Virus record (IMG/VR): IMGVR_UViG_3300014204_006419
Length of the DNA stretch: 64,000 nt
From: a virus
Lineage: Duplodnaviria; Heunggongvirae; Uroviricota; Caudoviricetes
Reading direction: 5' to 3' (one strand)
The stretch's first letter is position 1, and each line of letters starts with the position of its first letter. Shown piece by piece: positions 63,701-64,000 of this stretch. A model generated the notes under the pieces. That model worked only from the letters and a program-made list of their open reading frames with translations. It did not search any database and had not been told where the DNA came from. Both the position numbers and the translations under genes were made by a program.

Positions 63701-64000
63701 TACTGGAGTTGTATCACTAGCGTTATTATATTGAGATACACTTCCATAGGACAATGCGGAAAGTAGAACACTCACGTTCTTAGTTGTTTCGTTGTTGCTT
63801 ACATTGTCCATTGAATAGTATCTGAAGTAATTTGTTCCGCTTAAACTGATTTGCACTGGTGTTGTGTAGGTAGTTGATGGTGTGCAAGTATTCGTGGTGT
63901 CATTGCAGTATTTGGTGATATTGCAGCCGCTTCCATTTCCATCAGAACACGATAAGGTAACATTTACATAAGTGCTATTCGTCCAAGTATTGAAAGTGTA
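60701..64000 (-). CDS. large surface protein with parallel beta-helix-like repeats and C-terminal TM anchor (5'-truncated by window end)
   Basis: At least 1100 aa. The frame stays open upstream of the GTG at 63856 to the window edge. NG-rich repeats (ANAIVINGDGNTISNF.., NGTSNNNMIKWS.., GIGINTTGNNTL..) suggest a PbH1/beta-helix. C-terminal multi-TM anchor. The N-terminal region is homologous to giant-protein residues ~2950-3030. Confidence 0.6.
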   Translation of the reverse strand, partial: YTFNTWTNSTYVNVTLSCSDGNGSGCNITKYCNDTTNTCTPSTTYTTPVQISLSGTNYFRYYSMDNVSNNETTKNVSVLLSALSYGSVSQYNNASDTTPVIFTAAANPIGNGTCNFTAMQSDRLMPSGNLWVQNGTGANITIASNGTTWVSFLCNATSGNYSIFWNLPQISNNCSGSAGFIDQTSYWNRSCVYANPSTTTNYSNATESFGCPIGYGCLPISKSQTALNSSSSTTFTQFAWYGGTPAGAIIECGTYNGNNTTYKLYTSIDGAGADCLVINGYNNSVTGSWLNVKSDGANAIVINGDGNTISNFTVGQSKYGILLNGTSNNNMIKWSVIRNSTNGIGINTTGNNTLKSNSIANNTYGINVFTATNLATTVLNLNLYNNTNDLNSSTNLTDGGYNYWSNCSGVCDWYTINQTSLVNSSEDTFTNAGNATINFEGLNTNDPSVATSQKEFVFSKYYLGQGLILSSINISAYSISNASQTLSAYYTTSNWNASNLTWNLNPTVSTSFGSAAIGTTWGWNSFVDSNITNLIKVQNNASIGNGIGVRLGDDSHYFNYNSTTRYTISQLAPTNSTKINYTWRYAIGNNIDLVANGINSTGGILRQTALSTQNATYCTLSASSQPTIYYTNGTQLNTTLYNNSGSGTGLTWTFACSPDTLYYADYNAPTFAYNGDCVNYSGAGINYTKFNFTTRDEENQSLNYATQFISVYLTASSGNYTAGAIIENATSAIICINPNSLPANVTINNQYACQVNASAIAGTIMSNTTSQYNASTNETFTFYGYTYLWSNTTVKYPMRSYFIQNMSLNPTNTTAYYTLFCESPEYARQTQFLLLDADNNPVTSAYITIQRYFTGNASYQTIGIIQTDSNGVASTYLRPNDIWYNYVVSKNGVVLQTFTQQIISCATSTCQVVLRLSPTSTSYWSTMGSIAIGCLNVSINSTTQEVTCQFVDANAGARTYNLTINELSFSSNATLGRACTDAVTGASGTLVCDINGFTGKMYTVSVYSYDSNYTDNNRSLMLSSLDYTAQKQFADMGIFPTLIVFLTLVGIGLYNPIVSMFLGVVGLILMAVMGFTQLSLGACIALIVVAILFAMKART

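Noticed and set aside
1-64000. CRISPR arrays, rRNA genes, IS elements with terminal inverted repeats
   Set aside because: No regularly spaced direct repeats, no rRNA-like conserved stretches and no transposase-like ORFs were found. The conserved intergenic modules are promoter-leader elements with unique spacers, not CRISPR repeats.

Overview
Archaeal DNA of moderate-to-low GC. The archaeal assignment rests on three things: a tRNA with a 12-nt anticodon-loop intron, an AglB/STT3 oligosaccharyltransferase carrying the WWDYG motif, and an archaeal-type S-adenosylmethionine synthetase. Promoters show TATA boxes about 25 nt upstream of the transcript start, and ribosome-binding sites fit a GGTGAT-type Shine-Dalgarno with consensus GGTGATTTAA-ATG. 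GTG and TTG start codons are used.

Positions 1-43600 are one co-directional, minus-strand block of tightly packed genes. Many encode small zinc-ribbon or transmembrane proteins of unknown function. The block also carries an N-glycosylation island (AglB, GT4/GT2 glycosyltransferases, a sugar nucleotidyltransferase, two radical-SAM enzymes) and a flotillin-LemA-TPM membrane cluster. Virus-like auxiliary genes are scattered through it: a T4 Rnl1-like RNA ligase, a MazG-like NTP pyrophosphohydrolase, adenine phosphoribosyltransferase, an HNH endonuclease, a SAM synthetase and a P-loop ATPase with a helix-turn-helix.

Seven intergenic sites carry a conserved promoter/5'-leader module (TATA box, conserved box, hairpin with compensatory base changes and AUG in the loop, Shine-Dalgarno). 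This looks like an undescribed regulon-type leader element.

A structured non-coding region of about 550 nt precedes a tight array of six tRNAs: Leu-UAA, Gly-UCC, intron-containing Asn-GUU, Leu-UAG, a probable Pro-UGG, and Val-UAC. On the plus strand the array is followed by GDP-mannose 4,6-dehydratase overlapping a tyrosine recombinase, which marks a likely integration or mobile-element boundary.

The 3' 16 kb encodes a giant 3771-aa surface protein: signal peptide, beta-propeller-like N-terminus, about 25 tandem ~95-aa repeats, an extremely high density of N-glycosylation sequons, and a C-terminal transmembrane anchor. Its anchor module is duplicated as a stand-alone gene immediately upstream. 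Pilin-like small membrane proteins and a second, window-truncated beta-helix surface protein share an N-terminal module with the giant protein. No CRISPR array or rRNA was seen.
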